DNA from: Betaproteobacteria bacterium
GTDB taxonomy: Bacteria > Pseudomonadota > Gammaproteobacteria > Burkholderiales > SG8-39
Direction of reading: 5' to 3'
Length of the DNA stretch: 64,000 nucleotides
Assembly: GCA_009693335.1 (NCBI GenBank)
Contig: SHXK01000002.1
Location: 339-64,338, forward strand
Part shown: positions 48,893 through 58,731 of the stretch, one piece after another
How positions within the stretch are numbered: position 1 is the stretch's first letter
Layout of the letters: every line of letters begins with the position of its first letter
Position numbers and translations under genes: made by a program
The notes under the pieces: model-generated
Databases searched by the model: none
Told to the model about the DNA's origin: nothing
The model's input: only the letters and a program-made list of their open reading frames with translations

Positions 48893-49887
48893 AATTCAAG
48901 TCAGGGGGCAGGGTGAAACTTTCCAGGATCTTTGCAGCGGCATTGGCCTCAGTGGCTGTACTTGTGGGCGCGCAGGCGCAGGCGCAGCCCTATCCCAGCA
49001 AACCGATCACCATGATCGTGCCGTTTGCGCCGGGCGGCATCGCCGACATCACCGGGCGGCCGCTCGCTGCGGCGATGGCCCGCCTTCTCGGCCAGAATAT
49101 CGTGGTGGACAACAAGCCGGGCGCGGGCGGCGCGGTCGGCCATGCGCTCGCCGCCAAAGCCAAGCCAGACGGCTACACCATCATGACGGCGCTTTCCTCG
49201 ATCACCGTGATTCCCGAGGCTGACAAGGTGAACGGTCGGCCCGCGTCCTACCAGATGTCGGATTTCACGCCGATCGCGCTGATCTCCGCGGACCCGACAG
49301 TGCTGCTGGTGCCCTACGACAGCCCGTGGAAGACGCTGCGGGACCTGGTCGAGGACGCCAAAGCCCGCCCCGGCAAAATCAGCTACGGCACCTCGGGCCT
49401 GTATGGCACCACGCACACCTGCCTAGAGATGTTCGCGCAGGCCGCCGGCATCAAGATGCTGCACGTGCCTTACAGCGGCGGTGGGCCCTCGATGACGGCG
49501 CTGCTTGCGAACCAGATCAACGTCACCGCGCAATCGCCCGGTGTCGCCAATCCGCATGTGAAATCGGGCAGGGTCCGCGCCCTCGCCTCGTGGGGCGCAC
49601 AGCGCCTGCCCTCGATTGCCGAGGTCCCGACGATGCGGGAATCCGGTTACGACGCGGAGTTCTACATCTGGGCGGCGCTCTTCACGCCGGCAGGCATCCC
49701 GGCCGAGGTGCGCGAGCGGCTTACCGTTGCCGTGCGCCAAGCCGTGCAATCGCAGGATTTCCAGAAGGCCATGACTGGCATGAACACGCCGATCAATTTC
49801 AAGGAAGGCAAGGATTTCGAATCCTTCCTGCAAAGCGACGGCACTCGCCTCGCCGAGGTAGTACGAAAAATGGGAAAAACGGAATGA
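48889..49887 (+). CDS. Bug family (TctC-like) periplasmic substrate-binding protein
   Basis: Signal peptide then YPSKPITMIVPFAPGGIADITGR. The GTG at 48889 overlaps the tetR stop; an alternative GTG lies at 48913. Confidence 0.88.
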   Translation: MKFKSGGRVKLSRIFAAALASVAVLVGAQAQAQPYPSKPITMIVPFAPGGIADITGRPLAAAMARLLGQNIVVDNKPGAGGAVGHALAAKAKPDGYTIMTALSSITVIPEADKVNGRPASYQMSDFTPIALISADPTVLLVPYDSPWKTLRDLVEDAKARPGKISYGTSGLYGTTHTCLEMFAQAAGIKMLHVPYSGGGPSMTALLANQINVTAQSPGVANPHVKSGRVRALASWGAQRLPSIAEVPTMRESGYDAEFYIWAALFTPAGIPAEVRERLTVAVRQAVQSQDFQKAMTGMNTPINFKEGKDFESFLQSDGTRLAEVVRKMGKTE

Positions 49888-50807
49888 AGATCACCAGGTT
49901 CATGGCGCAGGGCAGCGCCCGCATCGGCGCCCTCGAAGGCGACGAGGTCGTTGAGTTTCCGGGCTTCGCCAGCGCGCAAGAGTTGATCGCCGGCGGCGCA
50001 GCGGCGATGACCACCGCCCGTCAGGCGATTGCCTCCGGCAAGGGGCGCCGGCTGCTCGCGGACGTGAAGCTGCTCGCCCCGGTCGTGCCTTCAACCATCC
50101 TGTGCAGCGGCTCGAACTACACCGATCACAACAAGGAGAAAGCCAACACGCCGATCTCGGGCAAGGAGCCGGAGTTCTTCGTCAAGACCGCCGACTGCGT
50201 GATCGGGCCGGACGATGCGATCGCGCACGACGAGCGCCTCGCCAGAAAGCTCGACTGCGAGACCGAGCTCGCGATAGTAATCGGCAGCGCGGGACGTTTC
50301 ATTCCGCAGGAACGCGCGCTCGAGCACGTATTTGGCTACACCATCGTCAACGACGTGACCGCACGCGACCGGCAAGTGCGGCAAACCCCACAGGGGTTGA
50401 CGTGGTACGAACTGGGTCGCGGCAAGGCTTTCGACTGCTCCGCGCCGCTCGGGCCCTGCATCACCACCGCAGACGAGATTCCGGACCCGCAGGCGCTGCG
50501 CCTGCGCACGCGTATCAACGGCGAGTTGCGCCAGTCGTCCTCGACCGCGAACATGATCTGGAACTGCGCCCAGCTGGTGCACTTCTTCTCGACCAATTTC
50601 ACGCTCAAACCGGGCATGGTGATCATCACCGGCACGCCGGGCGGCACCGCCTGGTCGGTGGATCCGGAACTTGGCGGCAAGTGGATCGGCGGCGACGGCG
50701 GCGAGAAGCTGGTGCCAGCGAAGGGCTACCTCAAGCCCGGCGACGTGATTGAGTGCGAGCTGGAGCGCATCGGCGTGCTGAGAAATACCGTGCGCGCAGC
50801 GGCATAG
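49884..50807 (+). CDS. Fumarylacetoacetate hydrolase (FAH) family protein
   Basis: The listed ORF was trimmed to the ATG at 49884 (ATGA overlap). Motifs ETELAIVIG, GYTIVNDVTARD, PGMVIITGTPGG. Confidence 0.9.
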   Translation: MKITRFMAQGSARIGALEGDEVVEFPGFASAQELIAGGAAAMTTARQAIASGKGRRLLADVKLLAPVVPSTILCSGSNYTDHNKEKANTPISGKEPEFFVKTADCVIGPDDAIAHDERLARKLDCETELAIVIGSAGRFIPQERALEHVFGYTIVNDVTARDRQVRQTPQGLTWYELGRGKAFDCSAPLGPCITTADEIPDPQALRLRTRINGELRQSSSTANMIWNCAQLVHFFSTNFTLKPGMVIITGTPGGTAWSVDPELGGKWIGGDGGEKLVPAKGYLKPGDVIECELERIGVLRNTVRAAA

Positions 50808-50816
50808 GCACCGCCC

Positions 50817-51803
50817 ATGAAATTCAAACCCCTCGGGCGCAGCGGCGTGCAAGTCTCCGCACTGTGCTTTGGCACCATGTCCTTCGGCGGCGATGCCGAC
50901 GAAGCCAGCTCCGCTGCCATGTACCAGGCCTGCCGCGAAGCGGGCATCAACTTCTTCGATTGCGCTGACCAGTACAACAAAGGCCGGGCCGAGGAGATCC
51001 TCGGCCGACTGATGCAGGGGCACCGCGACGACCTGGTCATCACCACCAAGTGCTTCAACCCGACCGGCGAGGACGTGAATGCGCGCGGCACCTCGCGCCG
51101 GCACCTGATCCGCGCGGTGGAGGCGAGCCTGAAACGCCTGCGGACCGACCGCGTCGAGGTGCTGTTCCTGCACCACTACGACCAGCGCACCCCGCTCGAT
51201 GAATCCATGCGCGCGCTGGAAGACCTGGTGCGCTCCGGCAAAGCGCTGTATCCCGCGCTCAGCAACTACTCGGCGTGGCAAACACAAAGGGCGGTGGACC
51301 TCCAGGAGCGCAACAATTGGGCGCGTCTGCAACTGATCCAGCCGATGTACAGCCTGGTCAAGCGCCAGGCCGAAGTAGAGCTGCTGCCGATGGCCGAAGC
51401 CAACGGCATCGGCGTGATCCCCTACAGCCCCGCGGCCGCCGGCGTCCTGTCGGGAAAGTATGCCGGCGATGCCGGCGGGCAGAATGCGGGCCGCCTGAAG
51501 ACCAACAAGATGTACGCCGCCCGCTACGGCGAGCCCTGGGTGTTCGAGGTGGCCGAGAAATTCGTCGCCTTCTGCAAGCACAGGGGCCTGCATCCGGTGA
51601 GCACCGCGGTGGCCTGGGTCGGCGCCCACCCCGCCATCACCGCGCCCATCATCGGCGCACGCAATCTCGAGCAACTGCGGGACTCGCTCGACTCGGAGCG
51701 CATCGAAATGACCCCGGCGCTGCGCGCCGAAATCAGCGCGCTCTCGCGGGCGCCCGCGCCGGCCACCGACCGGTTCGAGGAAATAAAACCAGTGCAGGCC
51801 TAG
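50817..51803 (+). CDS. Aldo/keto reductase
   Basis: GINFFDCADQYNKGRAEEILG, LFLHHYD and IPYSPAAAGVLSGKY patterns. Confidence 0.92.
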   Translation: MKFKPLGRSGVQVSALCFGTMSFGGDADEASSAAMYQACREAGINFFDCADQYNKGRAEEILGRLMQGHRDDLVITTKCFNPTGEDVNARGTSRRHLIRAVEASLKRLRTDRVEVLFLHHYDQRTPLDESMRALEDLVRSGKALYPALSNYSAWQTQRAVDLQERNNWARLQLIQPMYSLVKRQAEVELLPMAEANGIGVIPYSPAAAGVLSGKYAGDAGGQNAGRLKTNKMYAARYGEPWVFEVAEKFVAFCKHRGLHPVSTAVAWVGAHPAITAPIIGARNLEQLRDSLDSERIEMTPALRAEISALSRAPAPATDRFEEIKPVQA

Positions 51804-51871
51804 CGACCATGTGCCACGCCCTGCGCTACCTCGGCCAGCCTGCGGGCGGCCGAGAACCACCTGGACTGAAG

Positions 51872-52363
51872 ATGAACATCAAAATAATCCTGTTCGCGTT
51901 AGCGTTTACGCCCATCGCGGCATACGCGCAGCAGGGCCTGTTCCAAACCAAGTCGATGACGCCGGACACCGCGTTGAGCGCCGCCCGCGCCGCCCTCGAG
52001 CATTGCCGCCAAGCCGGCTATCAGGTCGCGGTAGCCGTCGTCGATCGCTCCGGGGTTACGCAGGTTTTGCTGCGCGACCGCTTTGCCGGCGCGCACACCC
52101 TCGAGGTCGCGATCAACAAGGCGTGGACCGCCGCCAGCTTCAAGGTGGCGACTGCCGTGCTCGCCACTGAGACGCAGGCCGGTAAGCCGATGAGCGGCCT
52201 GCGCAGCCATCCGCGCCTGCTGGCCGTCGCCGGCGGACAACCGATCGAAGCCAGTGGTGCCCTACTCGGTGCGATCGGGGTCTCGGGCGCGCCCGGCGGC
52301 GAAGCCGACGACGCCTGCGCTGCCGCCGGTATCAAAGCGATCGCCGAAGCGATCGAGTTCTAA
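51872..52363 (+). CDS. GlcG/HbpS-like (DUF336) heme-binding protein with signal peptide
   Basis: The listed ORF was trimmed to the ATG at 51872. Motif GAIGVSGAPGGEADDACA. Confidence 0.8.
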   Translation: MNIKIILFALAFTPIAAYAQQGLFQTKSMTPDTALSAARAALEHCRQAGYQVAVAVVDRSGVTQVLLRDRFAGAHTLEVAINKAWTAASFKVATAVLATETQAGKPMSGLRSHPRLLAVAGGQPIEASGALLGAIGVSGAPGGEADDACAAAGIKAIAEAIEF

Positions 52364-52440
52364 GATAGCGTCCGGCATCAGGCCGCGCAGTCACTCCGTC
52401 ACGCCGCTTACACCCCACCCAAGGTACACTCCGCCGCACC

Positions 52441-54114
52441 ATGGCTCACGACCTGCTCATCAAGAACGGCCTGCTCATCGACGGCAGCGGAGCGCCGGCG
52501 CGCCATGCCGATGTGGCGATCGCAGATGGCAAGATCGTCCAGATAGGAAAAATCACCGATACGGCGAAAAAAGTCATCGACGCCACCGATCTGGCCGTAG
52601 CGCCCGGCTTCATCGACCCGCACACCCACTACGACGCGCAGATCTGCTGGGACGGCGCCCTGACGCCTTCCTCCTGGCACGGCGTGACCTCGGTGGTGAT
52701 GGGCAACTGCGGCGTCGGCATCGCGCCCTGCCGGCCAGAAACTCGCGAGATCGCGATGCGCGATCTGGTCAACGTGGAGGCCATCCCTTTCGAAGTGCTC
52801 GAGCAGGGCATCACCTGGGACTGGGAGAGCTTCCCGCAGTTCATGGATGCCGCCGCCGCCCGCAAGCCTTCGCTCAACCTCGGATTCCTCGCACCGCTGA
52901 CGCCGTTCCGCCACTACGTGATGGGTGAGGCTTCGATGGAGCGAGCGGCCTCGGTGCTTGAAACAAATGAAATAAAAAAATTATTGGGGGAAGCAATGGA
53001 TGCCGGCGCCTTCGGCTTCTCCAGCACCTTGCTCAACCAGCACATGGGCTTCGGCGGCCGCCCGCTCGCCTGCCGCAACGCCAGCCGCGAGGAACTGAAG
53101 GCCTACTGCAACGCGCTGAAAGAGCGCGGCAAGGGCGCGATCGAAATCGCCATGACCAAGCAGATCGGCGTGATGGACGACCCGGAGCTGGAGCTGCTCG
53201 ACTTCATGCTCACCGAAAGCGGGCGGCCGATCACCTTCATCGCGATGTTTGACCGCGACGACATTTCGGAAGCGGTGCGCACTTCCCTGCGTAAGGCCGC
53301 GCCGATGATCGCGCGCGGCGCACGGCCGCAGACTTCGCCGCTGCCGCTGACGCGCGAGATCAACATGCGCAACCCGTTCTCGTTCGCCGCTTTCCCCTCG
53401 TGGCAGCGCGTATTCGAAGACAAATCGAAGGCCGCGCAGGCTGCCGTCTATCGGGATGTTGCTTTTAGAAATCAATTCAGGGAAGAATTGAAGCGCCCCG
53501 CCGCTTTCGGCAACTGGGAACGCATCACGGTGCACGAAGTGAAGTCCGCAGCGTTGAAGAACCTGGAAGGGCAGACGGTGGCCGAGGTCGCAGCGGCGCA
53601 GGGCAAGGACGGCGTCGACGCTTTCCTCGATCTCACCTTGGCGGATGATTTGGACAACGAGTTCACCATGGTCTCGTTCAATAACCGCATCGACCGGATG
53701 GCCGAGATTCTCAATAATCCGGCCATGCTGCTCGGCCTGGGCGACGGCGGCGCGCACCTCGACATGCTGTGCGATTCGGGCTACCCCAGCTACGTGCTCG
53801 GCACCTGGGTGCGCGAGCGTAAGGTGCTGACGCTGGAACACGCGGTGCAGCGCATGACCTCGGACCCCGCGGATTTTTTCGGCATCAAGGACCGCGGGCG
53901 GCTGGCCCCTGGTCTGGCCGCGGACCTGGCGATCTTTGATCCCGCCACGGTCGGTTCGATGGGGCGCCCGGAACGACGCTACGACCTTCCCGGCGGCGCC
54001 AAGCGCATGGTGATGCGCTCGCAGGGCATCGAATACACGCTCGTGAACGGCGCCCTGACCTGGGAAAAGGGCGCCTTGACCGGCGCCGCAGCGGGAGAAG
54101 TATTGCGTTCCTGA
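52441..54114 (+). CDS. N-acyl-D-amino-acid deacylase (D-aminoacylase) family amidohydrolase
   Basis: DLLIKNGLLIDGSG...APGFIDPHTHYD and the C-terminal GRLAPGLAADLAIFD pattern. Confidence 0.88.
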   Translation: MAHDLLIKNGLLIDGSGAPARHADVAIADGKIVQIGKITDTAKKVIDATDLAVAPGFIDPHTHYDAQICWDGALTPSSWHGVTSVVMGNCGVGIAPCRPETREIAMRDLVNVEAIPFEVLEQGITWDWESFPQFMDAAAARKPSLNLGFLAPLTPFRHYVMGEASMERAASVLETNEIKKLLGEAMDAGAFGFSSTLLNQHMGFGGRPLACRNASREELKAYCNALKERGKGAIEIAMTKQIGVMDDPELELLDFMLTESGRPITFIAMFDRDDISEAVRTSLRKAAPMIARGARPQTSPLPLTREINMRNPFSFAAFPSWQRVFEDKSKAAQAAVYRDVAFRNQFREELKRPAAFGNWERITVHEVKSAALKNLEGQTVAEVAAAQGKDGVDAFLDLTLADDLDNEFTMVSFNNRIDRMAEILNNPAMLLGLGDGGAHLDMLCDSGYPSYVLGTWVRERKVLTLEHAVQRMTSDPADFFGIKDRGRLAPGLAADLAIFDPATVGSMGRPERRYDLPGGAKRMVMRSQGIEYTLVNGALTWEKGALTGAAAGEVLRS

Positions 54115-54125
54115 ACGGAACCACG

Positions 54126-56951
54126 ATGTCATCGGGCACGGAAATCAACGTCGAGAGACTGCTCAAGGTAGTCACCGAGGTTGCGCGCGAAGCACGGCCG
54201 CATGTCGAACCGCGGGTCGCCCTCGACGGTTCATTGGAAAAAGAACTCGGCCTCGATAGCCTGGCGCGCGTCGAGCTGGTGCTGCGCCTGGAGAAGGAAT
54301 TCGGCGTCGCCCTGCCCGAGCAGGCGCTGGCGACCAGCGAGACCCCGCGCGATCTGTTGCGCTTCCTGCTCGCCAGCGCCGGCCACGCGCCGCAGGCCGT
54401 GGACAGCCGCGCCAGCAGTGTCAGCAGCCTGGTACATAGCGAGGGCATGCGCGCACCCTCCGCGGCGCAGGCGTCCACGCTCATCGAGGCGCTGCAGTAC
54501 CACCTCGAGCGGCAACCGGACAGGTTGACTGTTTTTCTCTATGAAAATGAAACCGAAACACCCCTCAGCTATCGCGCGCTTTACGAGGGTGCGCTCGGCT
54601 ACGCGGCGCGGCTCGCTGAGCGCGGTCTGCAGCCCGGGCAGATGGTGGCGATCATGCTGCCAACCTGCAAGGAGTACCTGTATTCCTTCTACGGCGTGCT
54701 GCTGGCGGGCGGCGTACCGGTGCCGCTGTATCCACCGGCGCGGCTGACCACCATCGAAGACCACATGAAGCGCCACGTCGGCATCTTGAAGAGCGCCGGC
54801 GCCTCCATCATGATCACCATCCCGCAAGCCAAGCCGCTCGCCTATCTGCTGCGCGCGCAGGTGGAATCGTTACGTTTGATTCTGGTGCCTGATGAATTAA
54901 ATTCTTCTTCGGGGAAAAATTTCAAACCCTTCCACGGCAAGCCCGGCGACACGGGCTTTCTGCAGTACACCTCGGGCAGCACCGGCAATCCCAAGGGCGT
55001 AGTGCTGTCGCACGCCAACCTGATGGCCAACGTGCGCGCCATGGGCGCGGCAGTGAACGCCAATCCCGCGGACGTGTTCGTGAGCTGGTTGCCGCTGTAC
55101 CACGACCTGGGGTTGATCGGCGCCAACTTTGCATCGCTGGTGCTCGGTTTTCCAACCGTGCTGATGTCCCCGCTGGCCTTTCTATCGCGGCCCTCGAGCT
55201 GGCTGCGCGCCATCCACCGTCACCGCGGCACCATCTCCGGCGGCCCGAATTTCGCCTTCGAGCTGTGCCTGCGCCGCATCCCGGACGAAGACCTGCAAGG
55301 GGTCGATCTGTCCTCCTGGCGCTTCGCTTTCAACGCCGCCGAGCCGGTGAACCCGGACACCATCGTCGAGTTCGAAAAGCGCTTCGGCAAGTACGGGCTG
55401 CGCAAGAATTGCCTGTCGCCGTCCTACGGCCTGGCCGAATCCTCGGTAGGCGTGGCGATCACGGTGCCGGGCACGCCTTGGCGCGCTGACCGCCTCGAGC
55501 GCGAGCGCTTCACGCGCACGGGCGAGGCCATTGAAGCGAAGCCTGACGAGGTTTCGCCTCTCGTCGTCATTGGCTGCGGCACGCCCATCCCCGGTCACGA
55601 CATCCGCGTAGTGGATGCCGTGGGTCTGGAGCTGCCCGACCGTCAAGAAGGATTGCTGCAGTTCCGGGGACCGTCGTCCACCTCGGGCTACTACCGCAAT
55701 CCGGCAGCGACGAAAACCTTGTTCGACGACGAATGGGTCAACACCGGCGACCGCGCCTACCTCTCCGAAGGCACGTTGTTCATCACCGGCCGCGAGAAAG
55801 ACATCATCATCCGCGGCGGTCGCAACATCAGCCCTTACGAACTGGAGCAGGCGGTGGGCGGCCTGGCAGGGATCCGGCGCGGCTGCGTCGCGGTGTTCGG
55901 CAGCAAGGACGCGGCTACCGGCACCGAGCGCGTGGTGGTGCTGGCCGAGATGCGCGACCGCGACGCTACACGCCACGAGGACCTGAAGCGCATGATCAAC
56001 GACCTCGCGGTGGGTCTGATCGGCGCACCGGCAGACGACATCGTGCTGGCGCCGCCCAGCACCGTACCCAAGACCTCCAGCGGCAAGATCCGCCGCGTCG
56101 CGGCGCGCGAATTCTACGAACGCGGTCCCTCCGCGGTGATGGGTCAGGCGGTGTGGTTGCAGTTCGTGCGACTGATGCTTGCCGGCGCCGCCCCGCAACT
56201 GCGCCGCGGCCTGCGCACACTGGGTGGCGCCTTGTTCGCGCTGCGCGCTTATCTTGTTTTTATCGCCCTAGTGCCTTTTGCTCTTCTGGGCTCCATGTTC
56301 TTACCCGTAAAAATCTGCTGGAAGGTGGGGCGAACGGTATCGAAATGGTTCCTGATGCTTGCCGGGATTCCCGTGGCGGTCCGCGGCCAGGAAAACCTCA
56401 ACCGCGAAACACCCATCGTGCTGGCGGCGAATCACACCAGCTATCTGGATGCGCTGGTCCTGCTGGCCATACTCGACTACCGCGGCTATGCCTTCGTCGC
56501 CAAACGCGAGTTCCTGGACAATTTCCTCATGCGCGCGCTGCTCTCTGGCTTCGGCACCCAGTTCATCGAACGCTTCGATGTCGCGAAAAGCGCCGAGCAC
56601 GCGAACCAACTCGCCGAAGCGGCGCAGCGCGGGGTTTCACTGATCGTCTTCCCGGAAGGCACTCTCACGCGCCACACGGGACTCAGGGACTTCCGCACCG
56701 GCGCTTTCCAGGTCGCGGCGCAAACTGGCATCCCGGTGGCGCCGGTAGCGCTGCGCGGCATCCGCTCGGTGTTGCGCGATGGCACCTGGTACCTGCGCCG
56801 CGCGGCGGTGTCGGTGACCATCGGCGCGCCGCTCGCGCCCGAAGGCAGCGACTGGGCCGCCGCAGTAAAGTTGCGCGACGCGGTGCGCACCGAAATCCTC
56901 AGACACTGCGGCGAGCCCGACCTTGCCGCGGGCAGCAGCCGGGCGGACTAA
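54126..56951 (+). CDS. Tri-domain protein: acyl carrier domain + fatty-acyl-AMP ligase (FAAL-like) + TM segment + PlsC/LPLAT acyltransferase
   Basis: ACP motif LGLDSLARVE (Ser45, nt 54258..54260). Adenylation motifs YTSGSTGNPKGV, GEL-type core, PKTSSGKIRR. Hydrophobic helices near residues 690-760. Acyltransferase blocks ANHTSYLD and VFPEGT. Confidence 0.85.
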   Translation: MSSGTEINVERLLKVVTEVAREARPHVEPRVALDGSLEKELGLDSLARVELVLRLEKEFGVALPEQALATSETPRDLLRFLLASAGHAPQAVDSRASSVSSLVHSEGMRAPSAAQASTLIEALQYHLERQPDRLTVFLYENETETPLSYRALYEGALGYAARLAERGLQPGQMVAIMLPTCKEYLYSFYGVLLAGGVPVPLYPPARLTTIEDHMKRHVGILKSAGASIMITIPQAKPLAYLLRAQVESLRLILVPDELNSSSGKNFKPFHGKPGDTGFLQYTSGSTGNPKGVVLSHANLMANVRAMGAAVNANPADVFVSWLPLYHDLGLIGANFASLVLGFPTVLMSPLAFLSRPSSWLRAIHRHRGTISGGPNFAFELCLRRIPDEDLQGVDLSSWRFAFNAAEPVNPDTIVEFEKRFGKYGLRKNCLSPSYGLAESSVGVAITVPGTPWRADRLERERFTRTGEAIEAKPDEVSPLVVIGCGTPIPGHDIRVVDAVGLELPDRQEGLLQFRGPSSTSGYYRNPAATKTLFDDEWVNTGDRAYLSEGTLFITGREKDIIIRGGRNISPYELEQAVGGLAGIRRGCVAVFGSKDAATGTERVVVLAEMRDRDATRHEDLKRMINDLAVGLIGAPADDIVLAPPSTVPKTSSGKIRRVAAREFYERGPSAVMGQAVWLQFVRLMLAGAAPQLRRGLRTLGGALFALRAYLVFIALVPFALLGSMFLPVKICWKVGRTVSKWFLMLAGIPVAVRGQENLNRETPIVLAANHTSYLDALVLLAILDYRGYAFVAKREFLDNFLMRALLSGFGTQFIERFDVAKSAEHANQLAEAAQRGVSLIVFPEGTLTRHTGLRDFRTGAFQVAAQTGIPVAPVALRGIRSVLRDGTWYLRRAAVSVTIGAPLAPEGSDWAAAVKLRDAVRTEILRHCGEPDLAAGSSRAD

Positions 56952-56978
56952 CGCACGAGTGCGTTCCTGCTAACGCAC
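56950..56978. repeat. Copy B of the repeated palindromic motif AACGCAC-GA-GTGCGTT-CCTGCT-AACGCAC
   Basis: 16-bp perfect palindrome plus a third half-site. It spans the 18-nt gap between convergent genes and overlaps both stop codons. Confidence 0.6.
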
Positions 56979-58280
56979 GATGGGCCGCAGGTCGCGCACA
57001 CGCACCGCCTTGCCTTGGGAGCGGGGAATTTCGCCCGGTTTCTTCACCACCACCTCGGTGCTGATGCCGATCATCGACTTGATCTGGTGCCGCACCGCAC
57101 CGCCGATGCGTGCATAGGCCTCGGGGTCCGGTGCGACGTCCTGCGCCGCCTCGATCTCCACAGTGACCTGGTCGAGGCTGCCTTTCCTGTCGATGACCAG
57201 CTGGTAGTGCGGCGCGATTTCCGGCAGACCCACCAGCACCGCCTCGATCTGCGAGGGATAAACATTGACGCCGCGGATGATCAGCATGTCGTCGTTGCGC
57301 CCAATAATGCGTTTGATGCGCAGGTGGCTGCGGCCGCACTCGCAGCGCTGGGTGCTGATGCGAGTGATGTCGCGCGTGCGGTAGCGCAACATCGGCAGCG
57401 CCTCCTTGGTGAGCGTAGTGATCACCAATTCGCCCTGCGTACCCTCGGCAACCGGCTTGCCGCTGTCCGGGTCGATGACCTCGAAGATGAAGTGGTCCTC
57501 CCAGCCGTGCAATCCCGCCTGCGCCTCCTCGCATTCGCAAGCCACCCCAGGGCCGAGAATTTCGGAGAGGCCGTAGAGATCGACCGCTTTCAAGCCGAGG
57601 CGGATCTGGATTTCCTTGCGCATCGCCTCGCTCCAGGGCTCGGCGCCAAAGAGACCGATTTTGAGCCTTGAGCGGCGCAGGTCGACACCTTCTTTCTCGG
57701 CCACCTCGGCGATCACCAACGCGTACGAGGGTGTGGCGCACAGCACGCGCGCGCCGAAATCCTTGATCAGCATGATCTGGCGCTCGGTAGCGCCACCCGA
57801 CATGGGCACCACCGTGGCGCCCAGCCGTTCGGCGCCGTAGTGCGCACCCAGGCCACCGGTAAAGAGGCCGTAGCCGTAGGCGTTGTGCACCACGTCGCCG
57901 GGCCGGGCCCCGGCGCAGGCCATCGAGCGCGCCATCAGGTCCGCCCAGGTGGCAAGGTCTTTGCGCGTATAGCCGACCACGGTCGGCTTGCCGGTGGTAC
58001 CGCTGGAAGCGTGCAGGCGAGCGAGTTGCGCACGTGGCCGTGCAAACAAGCCGAACGGGTAGTGGTCGCGCAGATCGCCTTTCACGCTGAAGGGCAGGCG
58101 TGTCAGGTCTTCGAGTGATTTGAGGTCGCCAGGCTCGACGCCGATCTTGCGCAGGCGCTTGCGGTGCAGCGGCACGTTCTGGTAGGCGTTCTTCACCGTC
58201 TGGCGCAGGCGCTTTAACTGCAGCGCGGCGAGTTGCGCGCGCGGCATCGTTTCGGCTGCGGGATCGAAGCGATAGCGCAT
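56970..58280 (-). CDS. Phenylacetate--CoA ligase family protein (PaaK-like adenylating enzyme)
   Basis: LPFSVKGDLRDHYPFGLFA, SSGTTGKPTVVGYT, and TRDI...CECGR in the C-terminal domain. Confidence 0.88.
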   Translation of the reverse strand: MRYRFDPAAETMPRAQLAALQLKRLRQTVKNAYQNVPLHRKRLRKIGVEPGDLKSLEDLTRLPFSVKGDLRDHYPFGLFARPRAQLARLHASSGTTGKPTVVGYTRKDLATWADLMARSMACAGARPGDVVHNAYGYGLFTGGLGAHYGAERLGATVVPMSGGATERQIMLIKDFGARVLCATPSYALVIAEVAEKEGVDLRRSRLKIGLFGAEPWSEAMRKEIQIRLGLKAVDLYGLSEILGPGVACECEEAQAGLHGWEDHFIFEVIDPDSGKPVAEGTQGELVITTLTKEALPMLRYRTRDITRISTQRCECGRSHLRIKRIIGRNDDMLIIRGVNVYPSQIEAVLVGLPEIAPHYQLVIDRKGSLDQVTVEIEAAQDVAPDPEAYARIGGAVRHQIKSMIGISTEVVVKKPGEIPRSQGKAVRVRDLRPIVR

Positions 58281-58307
58281 CTATGGACCTCCTAGGGCAC
58301 CTCTATC

Positions 58308-58697
58308 TCAGGCGATGCGGCCGAGCAGGATGAGCGCGGCGGCGGCCATAACGACCCAGGTGAGGGAGGTTCCGACAGCACGTGCTTTAAAAGCGCTTGC
58401 ATACAGTCCGACGGCATGCAGGATGCGGGCCACCAGCAGCGCGATGCCGATGGCGTAGACCAGCCAGGGTCCGGCGCCGGTCCACTCGATGAGCGCCATC
58501 AGGGCCAGCGCCATCGGCACGTACTCGACGAAATTCCCCTGCACGCGGATGGCACGGCCCAGTTCTTCGTCACCGCCGTCAAACAGATTAATTTTCTTGC
58601 GCGCCCTCAACAGCGTGACTTGTATGCTGATACCGACGAGCATCAGCGCCAAAAGTCCGGCGAACACGGCTGTGATCGAAATCGGAATTGCGTTCAT
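58308..58697 (-). CDS. MAPEG family membrane protein (YecN-like)
   Basis: 129 aa with hydrophobic helices and the RAIRVQGNFVEYVP motif. Confidence 0.8.
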   Translation of the reverse strand: MNAIPISITAVFAGLLALMLVGISIQVTLLRARKKINLFDGGDEELGRAIRVQGNFVEYVPMALALMALIEWTGAGPWLVYAIGIALLVARILHAVGLYASAFKARAVGTSLTWVVMAAAALILLGRIA

Positions 58698-58731
58698 GGC
58701 CCCTCCCTTTGAAGATGGAATACCACTTTCT

